Positions 49,265 to 57,733 of a DNA stretch of 64,000 bases are shown one piece after another. Position 1 is the stretch's first letter, and every line of letters starts with the position of its first letter. The translations under genes and the position numbers were made by a program. The DNA comes from Alkalispirochaeta sp. (lineage in GTDB: Bacteria > Spirochaetota > Spirochaetia > DSM-27196 > Alkalispirochaetaceae), in NCBI GenBank assembly GCA_965242725.1, contig CBDESZ010000016.1, positions 267,353 through 331,352 of the forward strand, written 5' to 3'. The notes under the pieces are model-generated. The model saw nothing but the letters and a program-made list of their open reading frames with translations, searched no databases and was not told the DNA's origin.

Positions 49265-49609
49265 ATGGACGCGACGACGACTACGGACGTTATGACGGTG
49301 GAACTCGAAGCAACGGCAACGCCGGATTCCGAGACGGTATCGAAGCTTCGCACCGGATCGGGTATCGAGGAGATGACCGTTGAAGGCAGCCGAATAGTCG
49401 TGGAGTACCAGCCCTACGTCGTGAGCAGGGAAGGTGTTCTGAACCGCATGGAAGACGCGGGGCTCGTTCTGCGCAAGGAAGAAGAAAAGGAAGAACGAAA
49501 AGGATTTTTCCGGCGGTTTGTCGATCGTATCGCCGCGGAAAACAAGCAGTCCCTCGGTTCGGGGCGTCTTGACTGTTGCGACCTCAACCGGGGAAATCGT
49601 CCCCAATAG
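49265..49609 (+). CDS. HMA-fold-like protein with C-terminal LDCC motif
   Basis: GGGAGG SD; 'IVVEYQPYVVSREGV' and 'GFFRRFVDRIAAENKQSLGSGRLDCCDLN'. Confidence 0.7.
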   Translation: MDATTTTDVMTVELEATATPDSETVSKLRTGSGIEEMTVEGSRIVVEYQPYVVSREGVLNRMEDAGLVLRKEEEKEERKGFFRRFVDRIAAENKQSLGSGRLDCCDLNRGNRPQ

Positions 49610-49645
49610 GGGCCACCTGTGAAATCAAAAGAAATGGAGAGAACA

Positions 49646-50182
49646 ATGAGTAAGAAAATTATCGGACGAACGGGTATCATTTTGTTCCTGGGAGCAGCAC
49701 TGCTTCTCGGCCTGGCTTTCACCGCCACCGCCGATGTCGACGGTCATGATCTGAGCATAGAAGATGTCCTCACGGACATACGGAACCGCCTCGGTCTTGC
49801 CGGCGACGAGCGGATTGACGCAGACCGGGTACCGGACGAGCAGCTTGAGCTCCTCGGCGATGCGGTGATGAGCGAGATTCATCCCAACGAGAATGTACAC
49901 TCCTGGATGGACCGGATGATGGGAGGTGAAGGATCGGAAAGCCTCGCGTCGGCTCACCGCTGGATGGGCTATCAATACCTGATAGACGACGGATATACCG
50001 GATTCGGCCGCGGTCGCGGTATGATGGGTGGCATGATGGGCGGCATGATGGGTTTCGGCTCGGCGGGAAACAACGCATTCCTTTCACCAAGGGAAATCGC
50101 GGAACGTCGGTACGCCGCGGGAGAGATTACCCGTGAAGAATACCGGCAGCTCATTGAAGATCTGTCGTCGTCGTCGCGGTAG
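49646..50182 (+). CDS. Exported His/Met-rich protein with SHOCT domain
   Basis: Signal peptide; 'HSWMDRMMGG', 'GMMGGMMGGMMG'; 'AERRYAAGEITREEY'. Confidence 0.75.
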   Translation: MSKKIIGRTGIILFLGAALLLGLAFTATADVDGHDLSIEDVLTDIRNRLGLAGDERIDADRVPDEQLELLGDAVMSEIHPNENVHSWMDRMMGGEGSESLASAHRWMGYQYLIDDGYTGFGRGRGMMGGMMGGMMGFGSAGNNAFLSPREIAERRYAAGEITREEYRQLIEDLSSSSR

Positions 50183-50234
50183 GTTGAACAGCGGACAGCC
50201 CGTATTGAAGGACTGACCTGTCGTGAGGATTCGG

Positions 50235-50600
50235 ATGCTCCGGCCCGTTGACTACATTGTAGTCTTTATGGCGGTATTGACTATCGGCGCCGTAAGCCAC
50301 CTGGTCTATGGAGCCGGGACCTCCGGCAGTGTCGCGCGAATAGAAGCCAACGACACCACGTGGCTCTATCCGCTGAACCGTGATCGCATCATCGTACCGC
50401 TCGAGCAGGACGGGACGTGCGAAATAACAATCGAATCCGGAACGGTCGGTGTGACCGCCTCGGAGTGTCCGCAGCAGATCTGTATATCCATGGGACGTAT
50501 TTCCCGTTCCAGTCAATGGATCGCATGTCTGCCCCACGGCGTGTTTATCGACGTTGTAGGGGCCGATCCCGATCCTGATGTTGACGCATATGCCTTTTGA
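50235..50600 (+). CDS. NusG domain II (DUF1312-like) protein
   Basis: N-terminal TM, 'SECPQQIC', 'IACLPHGV'. Confidence 0.8.
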   Translation: MLRPVDYIVVFMAVLTIGAVSHLVYGAGTSGSVARIEANDTTWLYPLNRDRIIVPLEQDGTCEITIESGTVGVTASECPQQICISMGRISRSSQWIACLPHGVFIDVVGADPDPDVDAYAF

Positions 50601-50618
50601 GAGGAGAACTACTTTCCG

Positions 50619-51236
50619 ATGACCAATCCAAACAGACGAGCGATCCTTCTGTTCGTCCTCCTTCCCGCCCTTGTTGTGCTTGCCGGTTCATTGCTGTGGA
50701 TACGCGTAACCGACGACGACGTTGCCCGTACCGCCGGCTCCCCGTCGGACCCCGGCGATTCGCAGAGTTGGGCGGCAATACGAGAAGAACTCCGGACCGC
50801 TACCGTTCAGGAGGCCCTTTCTCTCGCATACCGCCTGAGAAGTGAGGAACCGGCCATAAACTCCACATTGACGGCGGAACATGTGGAATTCACCTTTCCC
50901 GACGGCCGTAAAGTCGGCGTTCCCATTGGTCGGTCGGAGATGATCGTATCCATTGCGCCGTATCGTCTGAAGACCCACCCCTGCACCATACACAGCATTT
51001 CCGGATGCCAGGGAGAGTTGACGGAGCGGACCTTCGATGTAGCGGTGTACGACACCGACGGCGAAGTGGTTTTCTCCGGGCCGATCACGACGGGGGAGAG
51101 CGGGTTTTTCGAGCTGCCTCTGCCGAGGGGATCGGAGTTCCGCGTAACCGTGGAAAGCAACCTCGGTCGGGCGGAGCGGATAATCAGCACGTCCTCCGCC
51201 GATCCGACGTGCATCACCGACATGAAACTGCTGTAG
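50619..51236 (+). CDS. CueP-family metal-binding protein
   Basis: 'SIAPY..KTHPCTIHSISGCQGEL', 'GFFELPLPR', terminal 'TCITDMKL'. Confidence 0.8.
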   Translation: MTNPNRRAILLFVLLPALVVLAGSLLWIRVTDDDVARTAGSPSDPGDSQSWAAIREELRTATVQEALSLAYRLRSEEPAINSTLTAEHVEFTFPDGRKVGVPIGRSEMIVSIAPYRLKTHPCTIHSISGCQGELTERTFDVAVYDTDGEVVFSGPITTGESGFFELPLPRGSEFRVTVESNLGRAERIISTSSADPTCITDMKLL

Positions 51237-51253
51237 GAGGTGTCGCCGGGAGT

Positions 51254-52321
51254 CTACGCCACCGTCACCTCGTCGGATAGGTAGACATCCTGTATGGCAT
51301 TGAGCAATTGAATGCCCTCGTCGGTGGGACGCTGGAACGCCTTGCGTCCGGATATGAGTCCCATTCCGCCGGCGCGTTTGTTGATGACGGCGGTCCGCAC
51401 GGCGGTCTTGAGATCATCTTCACCGGAGGAAGCGCCGCCTGAATTGATGAGACCGGCTCGTCCCATGTAGCCGTTGATTACCTGGTAACGGGTCAGGTCG
51501 ATGGGGTGGTCCGAGGAGAGCTCGGTATACATGCGCTCGTCCAGCTTCCCGTATGAAGAATCTCCCATGTTGAGTGCCTTGTACCCGCCGTTGAGGGTGG
51601 GCGCCTTCTGTTTGACGATGTCGGCCTCGATAGTCACACCGAGGTGGTTCGCCTGACCGGTGAGATCCGCCGCGGTGTGGTAGTCGGTTCCACCGGTCTT
51701 GAACGCACCGTTACGGGTATAGCACCACAGCACCGTTGCCATGCCGAGTTCGTGGGCCCGGTAAAAGGCTTCCGCTACCTCGACGATCTGCCGGTTTGAT
51801 TCGGGGGAGCCGAAGTAAATGGTCGCACCCACCGCAACGGCACCCATGTCGTACGCCTGTTTCACCGTGCCGAACATGATCTGATCGTGGGTATTGGGAT
51901 AACTTAACAGCTCGTTGTGGTTCAGTTTTACGAGAAACGGAATCTTATGAGCGTATTTCCGTGCAACTGATCCGAGCACGCCGAAGGTCGAGGCTACGGC
52001 GTTGCAGCCGCCGTCAATGGCGAGACGTACGATGTTTTCGCCGTCGAAATATGCCGGGTTGGGGGCAAAGCTGGCACCGCCCGAGTGTTCGACGCCCTGA
52101 TCCACGGGAAGGATCGAGAGGTATCCCGTGCCCGCGAGCCTGCCGTTTGAGTAAAGGGTCTCAAGACTGCGAAGAACCCGGGGAGAACGATCGGAGACCG
52201 ACCACACGCGGTCCACAAAATCGGGTCCGGGAAGATGAAGGTGTTCCTTCGGTATGAGCGGCTTGTAGGTCAAGAGGTCTTCCGATTCATTTCCGAGAAT
52301 GCTCTGAATATTGATTGCCAT
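51254..52321 (-). CDS. fbaB: Class I (Schiff-base) fructose-bisphosphate aldolase
   Basis: '[11 protein letters not shown]', '[11 protein letters not shown]', 'KLNHNELL', 'ADIVKQK', '[10 protein letters not shown]'. Confidence 0.95.
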   Translation of the reverse strand: MAINIQSILGNESEDLLTYKPLIPKEHLHLPGPDFVDRVWSVSDRSPRVLRSLETLYSNGRLAGTGYLSILPVDQGVEHSGGASFAPNPAYFDGENIVRLAIDGGCNAVASTFGVLGSVARKYAHKIPFLVKLNHNELLSYPNTHDQIMFGTVKQAYDMGAVAVGATIYFGSPESNRQIVEVAEAFYRAHELGMATVLWCYTRNGAFKTGGTDYHTAADLTGQANHLGVTIEADIVKQKAPTLNGGYKALNMGDSSYGKLDERMYTELSSDHPIDLTRYQVINGYMGRAGLINSGGASSGEDDLKTAVRTAVINKRAGGMGLISGRKAFQRPTDEGIQLLNAIQDVYLSDEVTVA

Positions 52322-52419
52322 AATTTTATCCTCCTGCCGCCCGGCAACGGGCGGCCTTTCCGTGTCCATGGGTACGTGCTGTTCCCCAATTATTCCTCCG
52401 CGCGATCAAGCGAAGAATC

Positions 52420-52809
52420 TTACTTCAATGCAATAATGACCCGTTCCAACTTCCGTCGAATCTCGTCTGCAATCGGGCGGATGTTTTCGTTGCTTACCGC
52501 TTCCATAGAGCTGACCGGGTCAACCGCCGCTATCTCCACCGTTCCCGGCTCCCGTTCCTGGACTATGACATTGCAGGGCAGAAGCGTCCCGATCTTGTCT
52601 TCCGCCTCCAATGCCTTGTGTGCAAACGGGGGATTGCACGCGCCGAGAATACGGTAATTGCGAAAATCGACATCCAGCTTCTTTTTCATCGTCGCCTTGA
52701 CGTCGATGTCGGAAAGGACGCCGAAACCTTCTTTCTGGAGTGCCTCCGTTACCGCTTCCACACTGTCATCGAATGAACGGTTGAGAGTTGCCGAAATGTA
52801 GTACGCCAT
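52420..52809 (-). CDS. DUF302 family protein
   Basis: 'EGFGVLSDIDV', 'YRILGACNP', 'LLPCNVIV', 'AAVDP'. Confidence 0.92.
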   Translation of the reverse strand: MAYYISATLNRSFDDSVEAVTEALQKEGFGVLSDIDVKATMKKKLDVDFRNYRILGACNPPFAHKALEAEDKIGTLLPCNVIVQEREPGTVEIAAVDPVSSMEAVSNENIRPIADEIRRKLERVIIALK

Positions 52810-52856
52810 AGGTTCTCCTTCTTTCTAGTCGTTATTTTTCTGTACCTTCACGGTAT

Positions 52857-52900
52857 AAGGTATAAAAATCCGGCCGAGGGGATGTGACGTTTGTATTACG
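52857..52900 (-). promoter_or_regulatory. CGTAAT-N5-CGTCAC-N21-TACCTT promoter
   Basis: Same hexamers and the same 21-bp spacing to the -10 as at 49091-49134. Confidence 0.75.
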
Positions 52901-52941
52901 ATTTCCCGTCGCCGCCGGGACTACCCACCGTATCTGTGATA

Positions 52942-53601
52942 TTACGGATTGGTCCGGTTCTTTCTTTCGCGATGCTTCACATAAAGGCGACGCAGGGCAA
53001 AAATTGCGGCAGAAACGGCAATTCCCGTCAGTGAAAGGCGTATCCAGTCGTTCCGGGCAAGGGCGCTGCCCATTGAGAGAATGACGAACGCAAAGGGCGT
53101 CATTCCGATGAGGCTGGCGAGAGCGTATGTGCGAAAGGAAACCGCCTCGGTCAGACCGAGGACGTAACTTGGAATCTCCACGGGAAAGATCATCCGGATA
53201 ATGACGATAGCCAGAAAACCGGTGTCCCGAGGTATTTTACTCTCCCATTCCTGAATTTTCTCCCTTGAAACAAGTCGTACCAGAACGGGTCTGCCCAGAT
53301 ACCGGGCGATGAGAAACGCGATGACCGCACCGATCCACCAGCCAAGGATGCTCAGAATACCTCCGATGGTAATGCCCCATGCCGCCGCTGCGATGGGTAT
53401 GAGCGGCATGGACGAAAGAGGGAGGACTACAATCGCGGCGGCGGTCACCGCGACATACACCAGACCGGTGAGCACCGGGTAATCGATGGCGTATTGTGCG
53501 ACCACGGTTACGAGAAGAGGAAAGAATCTGAACGAGAACAACAGACCCACGACGATAAGCAGGACGAGAAGTCCCCGTACAAGCAGGACCGGGAGTTTCA
53601 T
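52942..53601 (-). CDS. TVP38/DedA (VTT) family membrane protein
   Basis: 'GAVIAFLIARYLGR', 'IIRMIFP', 'SYVLGLT..SFRTY...SLIGMTP'. Confidence 0.85.
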   Translation of the reverse strand: MKLPVLLVRGLLVLLIVVGLLFSFRFFPLLVTVVAQYAIDYPVLTGLVYVAVTAAAIVVLPLSSMPLIPIAAAAWGITIGGILSILGWWIGAVIAFLIARYLGRPVLVRLVSREKIQEWESKIPRDTGFLAIVIIRMIFPVEIPSYVLGLTEAVSFRTYALASLIGMTPFAFVILSMGSALARNDWIRLSLTGIAVSAAIFALRRLYVKHRERKNRTNP

Positions 53602-54101
53602 TTCTTCCTCCGGAAGACTCCCCATAGTACGGCGGCCAGACCGGCGGCAATCAGGAACAGATGGTATACACGCACGTGGAACGGCCGGTGGAGGATATGG
53701 CGATCCGGAGAAAACCACGGTGACCACCGGTCGGTGGTCAATCCGGGAGCCATGATGGTGTTGTTCCATTCCGGAATGGAGCCGTCCATTTCAAGGAAAT
53801 GGCGGGCAAACCGTATGTGGACGGCCATGTTTCGAGGTGACCCGCGGCCACCCATGATTTCGTTCAACCACCTGTGCCATTCTTCGTCGTCCACGATGGT
53901 ATCCATGATATGAAAGCCGAGTTCTTCCATCTCCGCCGGTGATACGAGGTCGGGGTCTATGTCTCCCGGTCTATCGACCCCCTGTTGTTCCATGATGCGG
54001 GCGGTGATTTCCATGACCGTACGCTCATCGGGAAAGAGGGAAAGTGCGGGAAGTACAAGGAGGAGCAGAATGACGATGGAAGATCGGGACCGACTATGCA
54101 T
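53598..54101 (-). CDS. Exported/membrane-anchored His/Met protein, paralog of 49646..50182
   Basis: Signal peptide; 'IDPDLVSPAEMEELG...WHRWLNEIMGGRGS...H'; C-terminal TM. Confidence 0.65.
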   Translation of the reverse strand: MHSRSRSSIVILLLLVLPALSLFPDERTVMEITARIMEQQGVDRPGDIDPDLVSPAEMEELGFHIMDTIVDDEEWHRWLNEIMGGRGSPRNMAVHIRFARHFLEMDGSIPEWNNTIMAPGLTTDRWSPWFSPDRHILHRPFHVRVYHLFLIAAGLAAVLWGVFRRKK

Positions 54102-54183
54102 CTGCAACCAGTATATCAGCGACTCTGAGCCGCAGGTGTCGAACCTGCGATTTTTCATCGCTTGTTTGTATACTGGAGAAGAA

Positions 54184-55110
54184 ATGAACAGGCAAAAAGG
54201 AATTTGGAAGCATCTTATTATTTACAGTCAGTTATTTTTCGGCATGGCGTTCTTCGGAACGGGTACGCCCTCGGCGCGAGTGGTCAGTAATGCCTTCCCG
54301 CTTTTTATGGGTCCCTTCCTCCGCCTCCTCTTTGCGGCGCTCCTTCTTTCTCCCGTGCTATTTTTCAGGAGGCGGCAACTCAGGGACATGACCAGACAGG
54401 ATTGGCTGGAGGTCACGATCATCGGTGCGCTGGGTATCGTTGGATTCACCCTCTTTCTCATGACCGGAATGCGTCGCGTTTCCGGCGTGATCGGCGCGAT
54501 TGTCATGAGTCTGAGTCCCGCCGTCATGGCCGTCGCGGCGGTGGTTTTTATGAAGGACAGTATGGGGTGGAGGAAGATAACTGCCGTGACCATTGCCGTT
54601 GCCGGAGTCTTCGTCATCAACGCCTACGGTAAGTCAATCAACGCCACCGGTTGGGACCTGCTGATCGGTACGTTCCTCGTCTTTGCGGCGGTTTGCAGCC
54701 AGACTGCATATTCCCTGATCGGAAAACGGGTGATGCAGAACAGATCACCCGCGGTTGTACTGTCCCTTGCCGTGTGGATCGCAGTCCTTCTGTTTGCCGT
54801 ACCCGGGGTGATCCAGGCTCGTTCATTTGATTTCGCCGGACCGACGCTCAACGAATGGTTCGGACTCGCTCTCTGGGGTTTGGGGCCCCTCGCCGTCGGA
54901 ACTCTCTTATGGTTCAACGGTCTGCATCAGGTTCAGGCGAGTACTGCCTCGGGTTTTATGGGCAGCATGCCCGCCATGGGTCTGCTCCTCTCATATTTCT
55001 GGCTGAATGAACCATTCCACCGGGTGCATCTGTTGGGATTTGCCCTGGTCGTCACGAGCATCGTCCTGATCTCCTGGGCCCACCGGGTGGAAGAGCGATC
55101 CGCCTCGTAA
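54184..55110 (+). CDS. EamA/DMT family transporter
   Basis: About 10 TM segments, 'FLRLLFA', 'SLSP', 'WLNEPF'. Confidence 0.85.
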   Translation: MNRQKGIWKHLIIYSQLFFGMAFFGTGTPSARVVSNAFPLFMGPFLRLLFAALLLSPVLFFRRRQLRDMTRQDWLEVTIIGALGIVGFTLFLMTGMRRVSGVIGAIVMSLSPAVMAVAAVVFMKDSMGWRKITAVTIAVAGVFVINAYGKSINATGWDLLIGTFLVFAAVCSQTAYSLIGKRVMQNRSPAVVLSLAVWIAVLLFAVPGVIQARSFDFAGPTLNEWFGLALWGLGPLAVGTLLWFNGLHQVQASTASGFMGSMPAMGLLLSYFWLNEPFHRVHLLGFALVVTSIVLISWAHRVEERSAS

Positions 55111-55131
55111 GACGGAGAAGTACATACCGTA

Positions 55132-55177
55132 TTGACCCGCATCTCTCGCGATATTATGATTAAGCAATCATTTAATC
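55132..55177 (+). promoter_or_regulatory. Sigma70 promoter with imperfect ArsR/SmtB-type operator
   Basis: TTGACC-17-TATGAT; GATTAA-GCAATCAT-TTAATC inverted repeat. Confidence 0.7.
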
Positions 55178-55192
55178 GAAGGGGCGGCGACG

Positions 55193-55546
55193 ATGCACAA
55201 GGATGATGTGTGTGCAGACGATTGTTCCCGACAGGGAACGGTGAGCGAGCGGTTGAGAGAGTCTCTGATTGAGGTTTCCGGCCTTTCCGAACTCTTTCGG
55301 GTGCTTTCCGACGAGACACGGACGAAAATTCTCTATCTCCTCTCCCAGGAAGAGTTGTGTGTCCACGACATCGCCGGGGTCATGGAGATGACGCTCCCCG
55401 CCGTATCCCACCATTTGCGGCTCCTCAAGGCGATGCGGCTGGTCCGGTCTCGACGGGATGGGAAACAGGTTTTCTATGCTCTTGACGATGATCACGTCCT
55501 GTCGCTGATAAGGGTCGCCCAGGAACACTATATCGACGGGAGGTGA
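55193..55546 (+). CDS. ArsR/SmtB (CadC-like) metal-sensing repressor
   Basis: 'FRVLSDETR', 'ELCVHDIA', 'AVSHHLRLL', 'LDDDHV...QEH'. Confidence 0.92.
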   Translation: MHKDDVCADDCSRQGTVSERLRESLIEVSGLSELFRVLSDETRTKILYLLSQEELCVHDIAGVMEMTLPAVSHHLRLLKAMRLVRSRRDGKQVFYALDDDHVLSLIRVAQEHYIDGR

Positions 55547-57714
55547 CGGCGATGGCCGTACAGGTACCCATACAGACATACAGGATTACCGGCCTTGACT
55601 GCGCAGACTGCGCCAACAGGATCGAGAAGGCCGTGCAGAAGATGGAAGGATTTGAAGCGGCGTCGGTGAATTTTGCGACGGGGAGTATTCGTATTCCCCT
55701 TTCCGACGCGACAACGGTCTCTCAGGTTGAAGAGACGATCCGTCGTATTGAACCGGATGCACGACTTGTTGCGTCCGGCGACAGGGAGCCCGGGTCGGGA
55801 ACGGGCGACGGCGGAGGTCTGTTTGCCGCCATACGATCGAAGGGGACGCGAGTTTCCCGTTTTGGCGTTGCGTTCATTCTGACCGTCGTCGGAGCACTCT
55901 TCCAGGACGCTTTGGCGTCAACGCCGATGAGATGGGCGGAGTACGCAGTATTTCTCGCTGCCTACCTTCTCGCCGGGTGGCCCGTATTGTATGGTGCCGT
56001 TCGCAATATCCTGCGGGGAAGGGTCTTTGACGAACTCTTTCTCATGACTGTTGCCACCATTGGTGCCGTTGCCATCGGTGAACTGACCGAGGCGGTTGCG
56101 GTGATGCTTTTCTACGCAGTGGGAGACTTTTTCCAGGAGCTGGCGGTCGATAACTCCCGCCGTTCGATCGCTTCACTCATGGACCTGCGTCCCGACTCGG
56201 CGCGCGTAGTGGAAGGTGACGAGCTCCGGGAGCGTTCACCAGATGAGGTCGCGGTGGGTACGGTCATTGAAGTTCGTCCCGGGGAACGGATCCCCCTGGA
56301 CGGCGATATCGTAGACGGTGCCAGTTCCGTCGACACCGCTGCGCTGACGGGAGAGTCCGTACCGCGATCCGTCTCTGCGGGAGACAGTGTACTTTCGGGC
56401 TATCTCAATGAATGGGGTACCATTCGCGTGGAAACGACTAAAGCGGCGTCGGAGTCGGCGGTGTCCCGTATCCTCGAGCTTGTAGAAAACGCCGCCTCCA
56501 GGAAGGCGCCGACGGAGCGTTTTATCTCCCGTTTTGCCGCGGTATACACCCCGGCGATCGTCATCGCCGCCGGGGCAATTGCCTTTCTCCCGCCGCTCCT
56601 CGTTTCCGGTGCCGCCCTTTCAACATGGGTCTACCGGGCTCTCGTCCTGCTGGTCATCTCCTGTCCCTGCGCCCTTGTCATATCGGTTCCGCTGGGGTAC
56701 TTCGGCGGAATCGGTGGTGCCGCCCGGAACCGGGTGCTCTTCAAGGGGGCCAACTACATCGATGTCCTCCACGATCTCTCCACAGTGGTGGTTGACAAGA
56801 CGGGCACCATCACGAAGGGCGTCTTTCAGGTCACCGATACGCGGGGTGAGACGGGATTTTCAGATCACGACCTCCTGAGATGGGCCGCTGCGGCGGAAGC
56901 GCACTCAAGCCATCCCATCGCCCGTTCCATTCGCGACGCCTTTCAGCGAGCGGGAGGGGGGAATGAGCGCCTGCCCGAACCGGCGGAAGTACAGGAAGAG
57001 AAGGGATACGGCGTCTCCGCAGTGGTGGAGGGAGTACGCGTGCTGGCAGGAAGCGCGCGCCTCCTGCAGCGGGAAAACGTCCCCTACACCGAGGCGGAAG
57101 CCCAGGGCACGGTGGTCTACGTCGCCGTGGACGGTACCTTTGCGGGATACATCGTCATTTCAGATGTAATCAGGGACGAGGCGCGTGATTTTGTCACCCG
57201 TCTCAAGGACCGCGGCATCGGGAGAATGGTCATGCTCACCGGTGACAACCACAGGGTCGCGTCGGACGTTGCGAACCGGACGGGAATAGACGAGTTTCGT
57301 CCGGAGCTGCTTCCCCAGGACAAGGTTTCCGCAGTTGAAGCTATCAAGAAATCACTTCCTCCCGGTCGACGACTCGCCTTTGTCGGTGACGGAATCAATG
57401 ACGCACCGGTGCTCATGCGCGCGGACATCGGATTCGCCATGGGGGGCCTCGGTTCCGACGCCGCCATCGAGGCCGCCGACGTGGTCATCATGGACGATAG
57501 AATCGACCGCGTCGCCGACGCCGTCGACATCGCCCTCTACACCCGGAAGATTGTAAAGCAGAATATCATCTTTGCCCTTGCCGTGAAGGGAGCCGTCCTC
57601 GCGCTCGGCGCATTCGGGGTTGCAACGATGTGGGAGGCGGTGATTGCGGACGTTGGTGTTGCGTTGCTGGCGGTGCTCAATGCCACCCGGACATTGCGAT
57701 ACACGCCCCGGTGA
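55543..57714 (+). CDS. cadA: Cd/Zn/Pb-translocating P1B-2 ATPase
   Basis: 'GLDCADC' HMA domain, 'SCPCAL', 'DKTGT', 'SSHP', 'GDGIND', 'ADVG'. Confidence 0.92.
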   Translation: MTAMAVQVPIQTYRITGLDCADCANRIEKAVQKMEGFEAASVNFATGSIRIPLSDATTVSQVEETIRRIEPDARLVASGDREPGSGTGDGGGLFAAIRSKGTRVSRFGVAFILTVVGALFQDALASTPMRWAEYAVFLAAYLLAGWPVLYGAVRNILRGRVFDELFLMTVATIGAVAIGELTEAVAVMLFYAVGDFFQELAVDNSRRSIASLMDLRPDSARVVEGDELRERSPDEVAVGTVIEVRPGERIPLDGDIVDGASSVDTAALTGESVPRSVSAGDSVLSGYLNEWGTIRVETTKAASESAVSRILELVENAASRKAPTERFISRFAAVYTPAIVIAAGAIAFLPPLLVSGAALSTWVYRALVLLVISCPCALVISVPLGYFGGIGGAARNRVLFKGANYIDVLHDLSTVVVDKTGTITKGVFQVTDTRGETGFSDHDLLRWAAAAEAHSSHPIARSIRDAFQRAGGGNERLPEPAEVQEEKGYGVSAVVEGVRVLAGSARLLQRENVPYTEAEAQGTVVYVAVDGTFAGYIVISDVIRDEARDFVTRLKDRGIGRMVMLTGDNHRVASDVANRTGIDEFRPELLPQDKVSAVEAIKKSLPPGRRLAFVGDGINDAPVLMRADIGFAMGGLGSDAAIEAADVVIMDDRIDRVADAVDIALYTRKIVKQNIIFALAVKGAVLALGAFGVATMWEAVIADVGVALLAVLNATRTLRYTPR

Positions 57715-57733
57715 CGGCGACCTTCCGTCAGGG

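Noticed and set aside
45123..57714. Metal cluster as a mobile genomic island
   Set aside because: No integrase, transposase, tRNA or flanking direct repeats seen; composition looks similar to the flanks
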